Of a stretch of 64,000 bases of DNA, positions 27,110 through 36,551 are shown piece by piece. The position numbers were made by a program, and so were the translations under genes. Source of the stretch: Myxococcales bacterium (GTDB lineage Bacteria > Myxococcota_A > UBA9042 > JABWCM01 > BTVJ01); contig BTVJ01000042.1 of the NCBI GenBank assembly GCA_045863395.1, positions 1 through 64,000 of the forward strand. Reading direction: 5' to 3'. Numbering within the stretch: position 1 is the stretch's first letter; each line of letters begins with the position of its first letter. The notes beneath the pieces are model-generated. The model saw only the letters and a program-made list of their open reading frames with translations. It searched no databases and was not told the DNA's origin.

Positions 27110-30100
27110 TCAGTTGGACAGACACCCGAAGTAGGACTTCTGGCACGCGCCGGTCGCGGCCTTCTCGTAGCAGGCCGGGTCCCCGTTGGGTCCGCACGCG
27201 GCGAGCAGGCAGTCGCTCAGCTCGATGTACATGGACTGCGCCTCGGGGGTGCTGTCGTAGAAGCACTGGTAGGCGCAGTCATCCGTCGGACAGTCGCTCA
27301 TGCACACCAGCATGGCGTAGCAGCCCATCGGCGGCTTGCCGGAGCAGGTGCCAGCGCTGGAGCAGGACTGCCCGGCCGGGCACGTACCGCAGGAGCCCCC
27401 GCAGCCGTTGGGGCCGCAGGTCTTGCCGGCGCACTGGGGAGTGCAGGTGCCGCCCTTGCACAGCGCGACCTGCTGCGCGCAGGGGCCGGCCATGGCCTGG
27501 GCGGCGCAGTCCGAGGTGATCCCGAACCCGCAGTACTGGGCGACGCAGCCCACCACCGCCTGGAACTGGGACTGGGCCTGCTGGGTGCCCGTCTGGCCGC
27601 ACTTGGTCAGACAGGCCGTGTCGCTGGGGGCGCAGGACGACAGGGCGCACTCGAGGACCTGGGAGCAGCTCGCGGTGCCCGTCACGGCGATGCACTTGCC
27701 CTGGGTGCACTGCTGGAGCGGTCCGCACTGGCCGCAGGAGCCCCCGCAGCCGTCGCCGCCGCACTGCTTGCCGGCGCAGCTCGGGATGCAGCTCCCGATG
27801 CAAGCGCCGTCGAGGCACTTTTCGGAAGGCGCGCACTGCTGGATGGGGAGCCACTGGCCTCCGATGCACCACGCGACCGCGTTGTTCGCGCAGCCGATCT
27901 CGCCATCGGCGCACTGGCCGACGGGCGCGCACTTGCCGCTCTGGCATTGGGTCCCTGGCGGACAGGTCTCCACCTTCATCCAGTTGCCGTTGACGCACAG
28001 GAGGATCGTCGAGCCCTCGCAGATCTGGGCGCCCTCGACGCAGTTGGGCGTGGCGATGCACTGGCCGCCGGAGCACGCCGTCCCTGGCTGGCACGTGCCG
28101 CAGGAGCCGCCGCAGCCGTCGCCTCCGCACACCTTGTTGCCGCACTGGGGCACGCAGCCCTGCTGGGTCTGGCAGACCTTCGCGATGTCGGCGCACGGGC
28201 CCTGCATGGCCGTCAGGGAGCAGGGGGCCTGCGGGTGGATGGGGGTGCCCTGCCCGCACACGCTGCCCACGCACTCGAGGAGCTTGGAGTAGAGTCCTTG
28301 CGCCTCCTGGCCGCCCAGGGACACGCACTTCTGGACGCACGCCTTGTCGTTGAGCCCGCACCCGGCCCCGCAGGTCACGATGTCGCTACAGGTGCCGGTC
28401 GAGATCTGCGTGCACTGGCCCGCGCTGCACGTCAGCCCGTCGGGGCAGGTGCCGCAGGAGCCGCCGCAGCCGTTGCTGCCGCACTGCTTGCCGGCGCAGC
28501 TCGGCACACAGCCTCCCTGACACTTGCCGGCGACGCAGGGGGTGTCAGCGGGGCACTGCTGGACGGGGGTCCAGGCTCCGCTGGCGCTGCACCCGAGCAC
28601 CGTGTTGCCCTGGCAGATGGTCTGGCCCGGCGTGCACTGGGTGGTCGGGATGCACTGGCCGTTGCTGCAGCTCGTGCCCTGCTTGCACTCTCCGCAGATG
28701 CCGCCACAGCCGTCGGCGCCGCACTGTTTGCCGGCGCAGCTCGGGACGCAGCCCCCCATGCACGCGTCGAACTGCTTGGCGCACTGGTTGGTGATGACCT
28801 GCTGGAAGCACATGGGGTTCGTGGCGTCGCACCAGTTGAGCACGCAGCTCACGAGCACGTTGAAGGACTGCGCCGCCGCGTCCGTGGCGCCCTCCTGGCA
28901 CATCATGATGCACTCGAGGGACCCCGACGAGCAGGCGAAGGCGCACTCGACGATGTCCGCGCAGCTCTTGCCCGCGCCGACGCACTGGCCATTCTGGCAC
29001 ATCGTGTTCGCCGGGCACTTCTGGATCGGCACCCAGGTGCCGTCCGCCCCGCAGGCGAGCACCGTGGATCCGTCGCAGATCGACTGGCCGGGGATGCACC
29101 CGGGCTGGACGCAGAGGCCATTCGAGCACGCGGCGCCCTGTGGGCACGTCCCGCACGACCCGCCGCAGCCGTCGCCACCGCACTGTTTGCCGGCGCACTT
29201 GGGAGTGCAGCCGCCCTGGCAGGCGCCGTCCTTGCAGCTCTGACCCGACGGACAGGGCTTCGGGGCGCTCCAGGCGCCCTGTACGCAGGTCGACACGCCG
29301 CCGTTCGTGCACTGCGTCGCGCCAGGCTGGCAGCCGCCCTGGCAGACGCCGTCCTTGCAGCTCTGGCCGGTCGGACAAGGCTTCGGGGCGCTCCAGGTGC
29401 CTTGGATGCACTGGGAGACCCCGCCCCCCACGCACTGCGTCGCGCCAGTCTGGCAGCCGCCCTGGCAGGCGCCCTGGACGCAGGTGCCGTTGGGTCCGCA
29501 AGACCCGCAGGAGCCGCCGCAGCCGTCCGGGCCGCACTGCTTGCCGTCGCAGAACGGTGTGCAGGTGCCCACGCAGCCCTCGTAGGGGACGGCGCAAGTG
29601 TCGGCGAGGGCCTTCTGGACGCACTCGGGCTCCAGGCCGTTGCACACCTGCTGGAGGCAGCTCACCAGCTTGATGAAGGCGTTCTGCGCGTTGGGGGAGC
29701 CGCCCTCGGCACAGCTCTTGGCGCAGCCCGGCTCGGTCTGGGGGCAGTTGAGGGCGCACAGCAGCAGGTCCTCGCAGGACGCGAAGCCGGGTGGCTTGCA
29801 GGTGCCGTCGTTGCAGAAGGAGCCCTCGAGGCACTCGCCGCAGGAGCCGCCGCAGCCGTCCTCGCCGCACTCCTTGCCGTTGCACGACGGCGCGCAGGTG
29901 GCCTCGCAGGCGGCCGCGAGCTCGCCGCAGGGGCCGTGGGGCTGGGTGACTGCGTGCTCGCACCCGGGGGCGGAGTCGCCGGAGCAGGCGTCGGCGATGC
30001 ACTCCACGAGGGCTTGCGCCGCGTCGGCCACGACCTCGGTGGCGGGCTTCAGGCAGGCGTCGATGCAGTTCGTGTCGCCGTAGCAGCCGAGCAGGCACGC

Positions 30101-30595
30101 GACCGCGTCGGTGCAGGAGACGGAGCCGCAGGCTCCGCAGTCCGCCGGGCAGCTCGTGCAGGACTCGTCGCTCGCGCAGGCGCCGTCGCCGCAGGGGAGG
30201 GGGCCGCCCGGGTCGACGCAGACGCCGTCCTTGCAGGTCCAGCCTTCGAAGCACGATCCGCACGAGCCGCCGCAGCCGTCGGCGCCGCACTGCTTGCCGG
30301 CGCAGCTCGGGGTGCAGCCCTCCTTCTTGCACTGGCCGTCCACGCACTTGCCCTCGGCGCACCCGCCGCAGGAGCCGCCGCAGCCGTCGCCGCCGCAGGC
30401 CTTGCCGGCGCAGTCGGGAACGCACGAGGCGTCGGGTTGGCCGGGGGTGACCCCGTCGACCGGGTCGATGCCGGTCACGTCGCCGACGGCGTCGCCGGAG
30501 CTGCCCTCCTCGGATGGCGGGGAGTCGGGACAGCCGGAGAGCAGCAGGGCGAGGAGTGACGCCAGCGCGACGGCTGAGGACAGACGGGTTCTCAT
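27110..30595 (-). CDS. Giant cysteine-rich lipoprotein with repeated CxGKxCGxDGCGGSCGxC modules
   Basis: Lipobox LLLSGC; about 10 GCGGSCG modules alternating with helical Cys modules; ~123-bp direct repeat near 29211-29460. Confidence 0.85.
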   Translation of the reverse strand: MRTRLSSAVALASLLALLLSGCPDSPPSEEGSSGDAVGDVTGIDPVDGVTPGQPDASCVPDCAGKACGGDGCGGSCGGCAEGKCVDGQCKKEGCTPSCAGKQCGADGCGGSCGSCFEGWTCKDGVCVDPGGPLPCGDGACASDESCTSCPADCGACGSVSCTDAVACLLGCYGDTNCIDACLKPATEVVADAAQALVECIADACSGDSAPGCEHAVTQPHGPCGELAAACEATCAPSCNGKECGEDGCGGSCGECLEGSFCNDGTCKPPGFASCEDLLLCALNCPQTEPGCAKSCAEGGSPNAQNAFIKLVSCLQQVCNGLEPECVQKALADTCAVPYEGCVGTCTPFCDGKQCGPDGCGGSCGSCGPNGTCVQGACQGGCQTGATQCVGGGVSQCIQGTWSAPKPCPTGQSCKDGVCQGGCQPGATQCTNGGVSTCVQGAWSAPKPCPSGQSCKDGACQGGCTPKCAGKQCGGDGCGGSCGTCPQGAACSNGLCVQPGCIPGQSICDGSTVLACGADGTWVPIQKCPANTMCQNGQCVGAGKSCADIVECAFACSSGSLECIMMCQEGATDAAAQSFNVLVSCVLNWCDATNPMCFQQVITNQCAKQFDACMGGCVPSCAGKQCGADGCGGICGECKQGTSCSNGQCIPTTQCTPGQTICQGNTVLGCSASGAWTPVQQCPADTPCVAGKCQGGCVPSCAGKQCGSNGCGGSCGTCPDGLTCSAGQCTQISTGTCSDIVTCGAGCGLNDKACVQKCVSLGGQEAQGLYSKLLECVGSVCGQGTPIHPQAPCSLTAMQGPCADIAKVCQTQQGCVPQCGNKVCGGDGCGGSCGTCQPGTACSGGQCIATPNCVEGAQICEGSTILLCVNGNWMKVETCPPGTQCQSGKCAPVGQCADGEIGCANNAVAWCIGGQWLPIQQCAPSEKCLDGACIGSCIPSCAGKQCGGDGCGGSCGQCGPLQQCTQGKCIAVTGTASCSQVLECALSSCAPSDTACLTKCGQTGTQQAQSQFQAVVGCVAQYCGFGITSDCAAQAMAGPCAQQVALCKGGTCTPQCAGKTCGPNGCGGSCGTCPAGQSCSSAGTCSGKPPMGCYAMLVCMSDCPTDDCAYQCFYDSTPEAQSMYIELSDCLLAACGPNGDPACYEKAATGACQKSYFGCLSN

Positions 30596-30814
30596 GGGGT
30601 GCCTCTCGGTGCCGCCCGGGGGCGGTCTCTGTGGGAGCGCTCGACGGTCGGGGAGAATACCACAACCGCTGGGGCCATGGTATGGGGGCAGCGGACATGA
30701 GCAGGCGCGTCCTGCGGGGCGCCGCGGGGGTCGGCCGCCGCACGGCGGTGGCGCCTGGGGGGCGCCAGTGGAAGCGCGCAGGTGGCGGTGCTACGGTGGC
30801 CGCCGGAGGCACGG

Positions 30815-31777
30815 ATGCGCGAGGTCACGGAGCAGACGCGGGAGCGGTGGGCGCAGGACTTCGCGGAGCGAGCCGCCGCGTGGTGGACGCCGGAGCGGAC
30901 GCGCGCCCAGCTCGGCACGAAGCGCCTCGTCTTGCCGCCGGCCACGTCGGGGCCGCTGTTGCGGGCCCTCGGGCTCCTGAACCGGGACGCGAGCATGCCG
31001 CCCGACCGGGTGCGCAAGTACCTCCAGATCAGCCATATGATCGCGCTCCTCGAGCCGGTCTTCGTCGACCTGGCTCGCCACCCGGTGGTGCGCGTGCTGG
31101 ACGCGGGCTGTGGGGCCTCGTACCTGACCCTGCTGCTCGGCTGGTGCTTCGCGCATCGCTGGCGTCATCCGGCGCAGATCGTCGGTGTGGACCGCAACCC
31201 GGAGGTCATCGAGCGGTGCCGCCGCAGCGCCAGCATGGCGCTCCTGGACGGCGTGGTCCGCTTCGAGGTCGGGTCGCTGGAGGGCCTCGAAGTCCCGAGC
31301 ATCTGGGAACGCGCGTTCGGTGACGCGACTGGCGGTCTCCACGCCCTGGTGGCGCTCCACGCCTGCGACACGGCCAGCGATGACGCTCTCGCGCTGGGCG
31401 TCGCCGAGGGGGCGGACTTCATCGGCGTCGCTCCGTGCTGCCAGGCGGAGCTCGCCCGGCGCTGGGCGGAGCTCTCCGAGAGGGGGATGCCGGGGCCCCT
31501 CGCGCCTCTCTGGGCGTCGTCCCACCTGCGCAGGGAGGCAGGGGCAACCCTGACCAACGCGCTGCGCGCCCTGCTGCTGCGGGCACGCGGCTACGACGTC
31601 ACCGCCATGGAGTTCGTACCTACGGCCCACACCCCCAAGAACACCCTGCTGCGGGCGGTCCTGGGAGGGACGGGCGGCCTCGAGGAATACCTGGCGCTGC
31701 GGGACGCCCTCGGCGGGGTCTCGCTGCACCTGGAGCGCGCCCTCAGAGCCCGTCATTGCTACGTGCCCGGCCTGTAG
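30815..31777 (+). CDS. SAM-dependent methyltransferase (Methyltransf_32-like)
   Basis: VLDAGCGASYL, GVDRN, ALHACDTASD, APCCQ and HTPKN; ggagg RBS before ATG 30815. Confidence 0.85.
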   Translation: MREVTEQTRERWAQDFAERAAAWWTPERTRAQLGTKRLVLPPATSGPLLRALGLLNRDASMPPDRVRKYLQISHMIALLEPVFVDLARHPVVRVLDAGCGASYLTLLLGWCFAHRWRHPAQIVGVDRNPEVIERCRRSASMALLDGVVRFEVGSLEGLEVPSIWERAFGDATGGLHALVALHACDTASDDALALGVAEGADFIGVAPCCQAELARRWAELSERGMPGPLAPLWASSHLRREAGATLTNALRALLLRARGYDVTAMEFVPTAHTPKNTLLRAVLGGTGGLEEYLALRDALGGVSLHLERALRARHCYVPGL

Positions 31778-31940
31778 CTGGCGCCCCGTCGCGGCCCCCC
31801 GCGCCGATTTGCCCTGGCACAATTTGCGAATTCCACCTACCATGCCGATGCACCCCAAGGTCGCTACACGAGGTTCATACGCTCCCGCGGCGCGCTCTGC
31901 GTCTCGGGGGGGGATCTCCACCAGGTAGGAGGCTCATTTC

Positions 31941-34900
31941 ATGGAGAGGCGATGGAGACGTGTTCGGTCGAGCCTTGGGGCGTCGGCCCCTCTCGTGCTG
32001 GCCGTTCTGGTCACGATGGTACCCAGCGTGTCCGCGGCCCAGCAGGGCTCCTGCTCCGCGGGAGTCAAGATCTCAGACGACTGTGCCGGCGCCACCTGGG
32101 AGGGGTGCTGCTCCCCGGAGGGGCTGACCTTCTGCGAGCAGGACGGCAGCGCGCTCTGCTTCCTCGACTGCGCAGGGGGGACCTGCGGCTGGAGCCCCGC
32201 GGCCGCCTTCTATGTCTGCGGCGCGCTGGGCCCCGACCCAAGCGGGCAGCACCCATACGAGTGCGCCACCTGCGATCCCCCCTGCGGGGCCGGCTTCGGC
32301 TGCGCGGGAACGACCTGCGTCGCGTGCGGCTGCGGCGACAAGGACTGCGGTGCTGACGCCTGCGGCCAGCCATGCGGCACGTGTGCCTCGGGAGATGGAT
32401 GCACGCCCGAGGGGACGTGCGTGACCCTGCCCGGTGGGTGCGCGAAGAGTCCGACGAAGGGCTGTGGGGGGTGCGCGTGTGAGTCCTGCGTCTGCGCCAT
32501 GGACTCGTTCTGCTGCGCGACGGCCTGGGACGGCATCTGCGTAAATGAGTGCAGCGTCGACTGCGGCGCGAGCTGTCCGCAGGTGTGCATACCGACCTGC
32601 AACGGCGCCACCTGCGGCTCGGACGGATGCGGCGGGACGTGCGGATCCTGCGAGGCCGACGAGCACTGTGCCCCGGGGCCGCTCGGAGCGCCCAGCGCAT
32701 GTGCTCCATGCACCTGCGACGGCAAGCAGTGCGGCGAGGACGGCTGCGGCAACTCCTGCGGGACCTGCGGGGAGGGCGAGACGTGCATCGCGGCAGGCCA
32801 GTGCGTCACCTCGGGCTGCACCGGGAGCTGCGGTGGACAGGGAACCGGCGGCTGCTGGTGCGACGCCTCCTGCTTCAGCGTCGGCGACTGCTGCGACGAC
32901 GTCTGCGACCAGTGCGGCGACATGTACTGGTTCGACTGCGGCGGTGAGTGCCCCGCGAGCTGCGACGGCAAGGAGTGCGGCGACGACGGCTGCGGGGGTT
33001 CTTGCGGAGAGTGCTCCGAGGGGAGCCAGTGCGGGGGCAGCGCGTGTATCGTGTGCGGCTGCGGTGACCGCGAGTGCGGCGCAGATGGCTGCGGCAATCC
33101 CTGCGGAACCTGTACGGGCGGCCAGGGTTGCACGGCGGCCGGGCAGTGCGAGGACCCGGTCCTGACACCGGGGTGCACGACGAACCCGACCAAGGGTTGT
33201 GGCGGCTGCGGGTGCGAGTCCTGCGTCTGCGCCCAGGACCCGTACTGCTGCGCCACGGCCTGGGACGGCCTCTGCGTGGCGCAGTGCGGCGACGACTGCG
33301 GCGGGGGGTGCGTCTCTCTGTGCATCCCGAGCTGCGGCAGCGCGACCTGCGGCCCCGACGGCTGCGGCGGGACGTGCGGCGTCTGCGGGCCGGGGACTTG
33401 GTGCAAGCCCGGCGACCCGTTTGACGGCTCGAACGCGAGCTGCGCCCCGTGCACGTGCAACGGCAAGCAGTGCGGCGACGACGGCTGCGGCAACTCCTGC
33501 GGCACGTGCGCGGACGGCAAGACGTGCAGCCCGGATGCTCAGTGCGTCGAGTCGGGCTGCGCGGGTCTGTGCGGCTCGCAGGGCATCGGAGGCTGCTGGT
33601 GCGACTCCGCGTGCTTCGGCTGGGGCGACTGCTGCTCGGACGTGTGCGACCAGTGTGGCGGACAGTTCTGGAGCGACTGCAAGCTCCCGTGCCCGGCGAG
33701 CTGCGAGGGCAAGGAGTGCGGCGGTGACGGCTGCGGCGGCTCCTGCGGTGACTGCGGCGCCGGTTTGTTCTGCTCAACCCAGGGCGTCTGCGTCGACGTC
33801 TCCCAGGCGACCTGCCAGGGTCTCTGCGGCAGCTACAGCCCCGATCAGCTCTGCCAGTGCGACGGGGCCTGCTTCACCTACGGAGACTGCTGCGAGGACG
33901 TGTGTACGGCCTGCGAAGCGAACTACCCGACCCAGTGTGGCCCATGCGTCCCGAGCTGCGCGGGCAAGACCTGCGGCTCCGACGGGTGCGGTGGCTCGTG
34001 CGGGTCGTGTGGCGAGGGCGGCATCTGCGGCGGAGACGGCAAGTGCTTTGCGGGCCTGGCTGGGACGTGCGCCGGAATCTGTGGCACATACGACGGGGCG
34101 GCGGCCTGCCAGTGCGACGGCGCTTGCTTCGACTACGGTGACTGCTGCCAGGACGTGTGCGTTGCCTGCCAGATGGACTACGCCGCACAGTGCGGCCCGG
34201 CCTGCGCTCCGAGCTGTGCCGGAAAGTCGTGCGGCGACGACGGGTGCGGGGGCTCCTGCGGCTCCTGCGCCGCCGGCGAGACCTGCACGGCCGGGGTGTG
34301 CGCCAAGCCCTGCGTGCCGAAGTGCGGCACCGCGACGTGCGGCGACGACGGGTGCGGCGGTTCCTGCGGGACCTGCGCCGCTGGCGAGACCTGCACGGCC
34401 GGCGCCTGCGTCGCGGAGTGCGCACCAGATTGCGCCGGGAAGGAGTGTGGCGCAGATGGGTGCGGCGGCTCCTGCGGAGACTGCGGTGCCGGCGAGACCT
34501 GCACGGCCGGCACCTGCACTGCGGACTGCACTCCGGACTGCGCCGGCTTGGAGTGTGGCGACGACGGCTGCGGCGGCTCCTGCGGATCGTGCAGTGCGGG
34601 CGAAACGTGCGACGCGGGCCAGTGCACGGGCGGCTGCGCCCCGAGCTGCGGTGGCAAGGAGTGCGGCGACGACGGGTGCGGCGGCTCCTGCGGAGACTGC
34701 GGCGCCGGGGAGACCTGCACCGCGGGGCAGTGCACGGGCGGCTGCGCCCCGAGCTGCGGTGGCAAGGAGTGCGGGGACGACGGGTGCGGTGGCTCCTGCG
34801 GTGACTGCGGCAAGGGGGAGACGTGCGACGCGGGCCAGTGTACGGGAGCCTGCGCTCCGGACTGTGGTGGCAAGGAGTGCGGCGACGACGGGTGCGGCGG

Positions 34901-35195
34901 CTCCTGCGGCGACTGCGCCGGCGGCACCTGCCAGGCCGGACAGTGCGTCGCCGCACCGGGCGGAGACACGGGCCCGGGCGTCGCCGACAGCGGCTCGGGC
35001 AGCGCCGACGTTCAGGGCGCCGACAGCGGCCCTGCGGGCGAGGAGGACACCGGGTCTGCGACTCCCCCATCGGACGACGACGATGACGGCTGCTCCACGG
35101 GCGGAGACAGGGCGCCGGCCGCGTGGCTGCTCCTCGCGCTGCTCCTGGCTGTGACGCGGCAGCGCCGTCAGTTTGGTGTCTCACGCCCGCGCTGA
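31941..35195 (+). CDS. Giant cysteine-rich surface protein with somatomedin-B-like modules and MYXO-CTERM-type sorting signal
   Basis: Signal peptide; about 16 CxxxxCGxDGCGxxCGxC modules; four CxCDxxCxxxGDCCxD modules; C-terminal GCSTGG, hydrophobic helix and RQRR. Confidence 0.85.
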   Translation: MERRWRRVRSSLGASAPLVLAVLVTMVPSVSAAQQGSCSAGVKISDDCAGATWEGCCSPEGLTFCEQDGSALCFLDCAGGTCGWSPAAAFYVCGALGPDPSGQHPYECATCDPPCGAGFGCAGTTCVACGCGDKDCGADACGQPCGTCASGDGCTPEGTCVTLPGGCAKSPTKGCGGCACESCVCAMDSFCCATAWDGICVNECSVDCGASCPQVCIPTCNGATCGSDGCGGTCGSCEADEHCAPGPLGAPSACAPCTCDGKQCGEDGCGNSCGTCGEGETCIAAGQCVTSGCTGSCGGQGTGGCWCDASCFSVGDCCDDVCDQCGDMYWFDCGGECPASCDGKECGDDGCGGSCGECSEGSQCGGSACIVCGCGDRECGADGCGNPCGTCTGGQGCTAAGQCEDPVLTPGCTTNPTKGCGGCGCESCVCAQDPYCCATAWDGLCVAQCGDDCGGGCVSLCIPSCGSATCGPDGCGGTCGVCGPGTWCKPGDPFDGSNASCAPCTCNGKQCGDDGCGNSCGTCADGKTCSPDAQCVESGCAGLCGSQGIGGCWCDSACFGWGDCCSDVCDQCGGQFWSDCKLPCPASCEGKECGGDGCGGSCGDCGAGLFCSTQGVCVDVSQATCQGLCGSYSPDQLCQCDGACFTYGDCCEDVCTACEANYPTQCGPCVPSCAGKTCGSDGCGGSCGSCGEGGICGGDGKCFAGLAGTCAGICGTYDGAAACQCDGACFDYGDCCQDVCVACQMDYAAQCGPACAPSCAGKSCGDDGCGGSCGSCAAGETCTAGVCAKPCVPKCGTATCGDDGCGGSCGTCAAGETCTAGACVAECAPDCAGKECGADGCGGSCGDCGAGETCTAGTCTADCTPDCAGLECGDDGCGGSCGSCSAGETCDAGQCTGGCAPSCGGKECGDDGCGGSCGDCGAGETCTAGQCTGGCAPSCGGKECGDDGCGGSCGDCGKGETCDAGQCTGACAPDCGGKECGDDGCGGSCGDCAGGTCQAGQCVAAPGGDTGPGVADSGSGSADVQGADSGPAGEEDTGSATPPSDDDDDGCSTGGDRAPAAWLLLALLLAVTRQRRQFGVSRPR
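34203..34950. repeat. 108-bp (36-aa) tandem repeat, about 7 copies
   Basis: ggcgacgacgggtgcgg recurs at 34233, 34341 and onward; units such as CAPSCGGKECGDDGCGGSCGDCGAGETCTAGQCTGG. Confidence 0.85.
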
Positions 35196-35285
35196 GAGAG
35201 TGGTGACCGACAGAGCGCAGACTCCAGGGCGGGCCACAAGCCCCCCAGGACAGGGACTGTGCGCCACCATCCCTTCTTCCCCGCC

Positions 35286-36551
35286 CTACGGCACGCGCCC
35301 GGGTCCGTTGCGGTCCAGCACCCCCTGCAGGATCCCGTCCAGCACGACCCTCGGCACCCAGGCCGCCCACCCCACCGCGACAGTCGGATCGCCGGCACGC
35401 GGTGTCCCTGGCACGTCTCCGGGCACGACGAGAACCGACTTCAGCTCCCCCCACAGGGACTCCGCGTACTCGAAGCGATAGAGCACGGCCTCGCTGAATC
35501 CGCTCCGCACATAGGCGCCGTCGTGGGATTGCTTCACCTCGCCGACCACGTACCGGCGAGGCGAATCCGGCACCGACACCTCGATGGTCCAGTCGGGGCG
35601 GAGGCGCCCCGACGAGCGGAAGTAGTGCTCAGTCCCTCTATCTCGTGGCCCCCGCGGAAGGACCGACTCGTTGTAGTGGAGGACCAGACGGGCGCCGTCG
35701 TCCCTGCGGAGCGTGGCGAGGTCGGCGCGCCCCGCATGGATGAGGCCGTGGTCGTGTGTCCAGCGGCCCGGCTCCGCCTCCTCGACGGTGCGTCGGAGCG
35801 CTGTCAGGAGGCGAAGCACCACGGCGAGCTCGAAGCGGACGTCTGGCGACGCGGGTGCGAGCGCACCGCGCGCGATGACCCGGGCCGTGGCCTCCGCGCT
35901 CGGGTCGTCAAACGCCTCGCGCATGCGCTGATGCCACTCCGCCGCCGCGCGGTGGGCACTCTCGCGCGCCGAGCGGGCGGCGCTCAGGTCCCCCGGCTCC
36001 ACTGGCCGGTCCTCGATCTGGCGCAGAACGGTCCCTTCGAGAAGCTGCGCGATGCGGCGCTCCAGACCATCCAGGGGGCGGGCCCACGTTGCCGCTGCGA
36101 GGCCGGCGCTCTGGAGCCTCCTCAGCTCCAGGCCCATGCGCCGCAGGACGTGCTTGAGGAGAACGGTCTCCGGCAGGTCGTAGCTCTTGCGCCGTGCCCG
36201 TGTGACGAAGGTGCTCGGGCTCCCCGCGAGCCGCTCCGCAAGGGTCGCTCGGACGTCGAGGCGCCCATGGTAACCGCCCTCCCAGCGCCGGATGTGCGCC
36301 TCGGTCCGCGAGGGTAGGGCATCGAGCAGCCGCGGCACCTGCTCCAAGACCAGAGCGCGCACGGCCTCGGCACACGGAGGCGGCGAGAGCAGCGCGGCAG
36401 CCTGAAGCACCCGCAGGTGGTCGGGACGGCCAAGCCGCGCCAGGAAGCGAGCGGCGACGGCCGGGGCGACCGCCTTGTGCATGGAGGCGGGGAGCAGAAA
36501 GCCGGGAAACTGCTCCCCGAGCCACACCTCCCAGTCGGCCCTCTCAGTCAT
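35286..36551 (-). CDS. McrC/DUF2357-like PD-(D/E)xK nuclease subunit
   Basis: GRLDVRAT...RKSYDLPETVLLK (McrC-like N-part) and LRPDWTI...VVGEVKQS (PD-ExK); overlaps the 3' end of the McrB-like gene. Confidence 0.72.
   Translation of the reverse strand: MTERADWEVWLGEQFPGFLLPASMHKAVAPAVAARFLARLGRPDHLRVLQAAALLSPPPCAEAVRALVLEQVPRLLDALPSRTEAHIRRWEGGYHGRLDVRATLAERLAGSPSTFVTRARRKSYDLPETVLLKHVLRRMGLELRRLQSAGLAAATWARPLDGLERRIAQLLEGTVLRQIEDRPVEPGDLSAARSARESAHRAAAEWHQRMREAFDDPSAEATARVIARGALAPASPDVRFELAVVLRLLTALRRTVEEAEPGRWTHDHGLIHAGRADLATLRRDDGARLVLHYNESVLPRGPRDRGTEHYFRSSGRLRPDWTIEVSVPDSPRRYVVGEVKQSHDGAYVRSGFSEAVLYRFEYAESLWGELKSVLVVPGDVPGTPRAGDPTVAVGWAAWVPRVVLDGILQGVLDRNGPGRVP

Noticed and set aside
27056..30559. 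1167-aa Ala/Gly-rich + strand ORF
   Set aside because: Mirror of the Cys-rich lipoprotein (tgc read as gca).
30815..31777. Methyltransferase as cognate DNA MTase for the McrBC-like pair
   Set aside because: Lacks the DPPY/NPPY or C5-MTase motif arrangement and has the LHACD signature of an unrelated family.
31815..31827. TGGCACAATTTGC as a sigma54 promoter
   Set aside because: GG-to-GC spacing is 8.
34203..34950. Regular repeats as a possible CRISPR array
   Set aside because: In-frame 108-bp coding repeats with no unique spacers.
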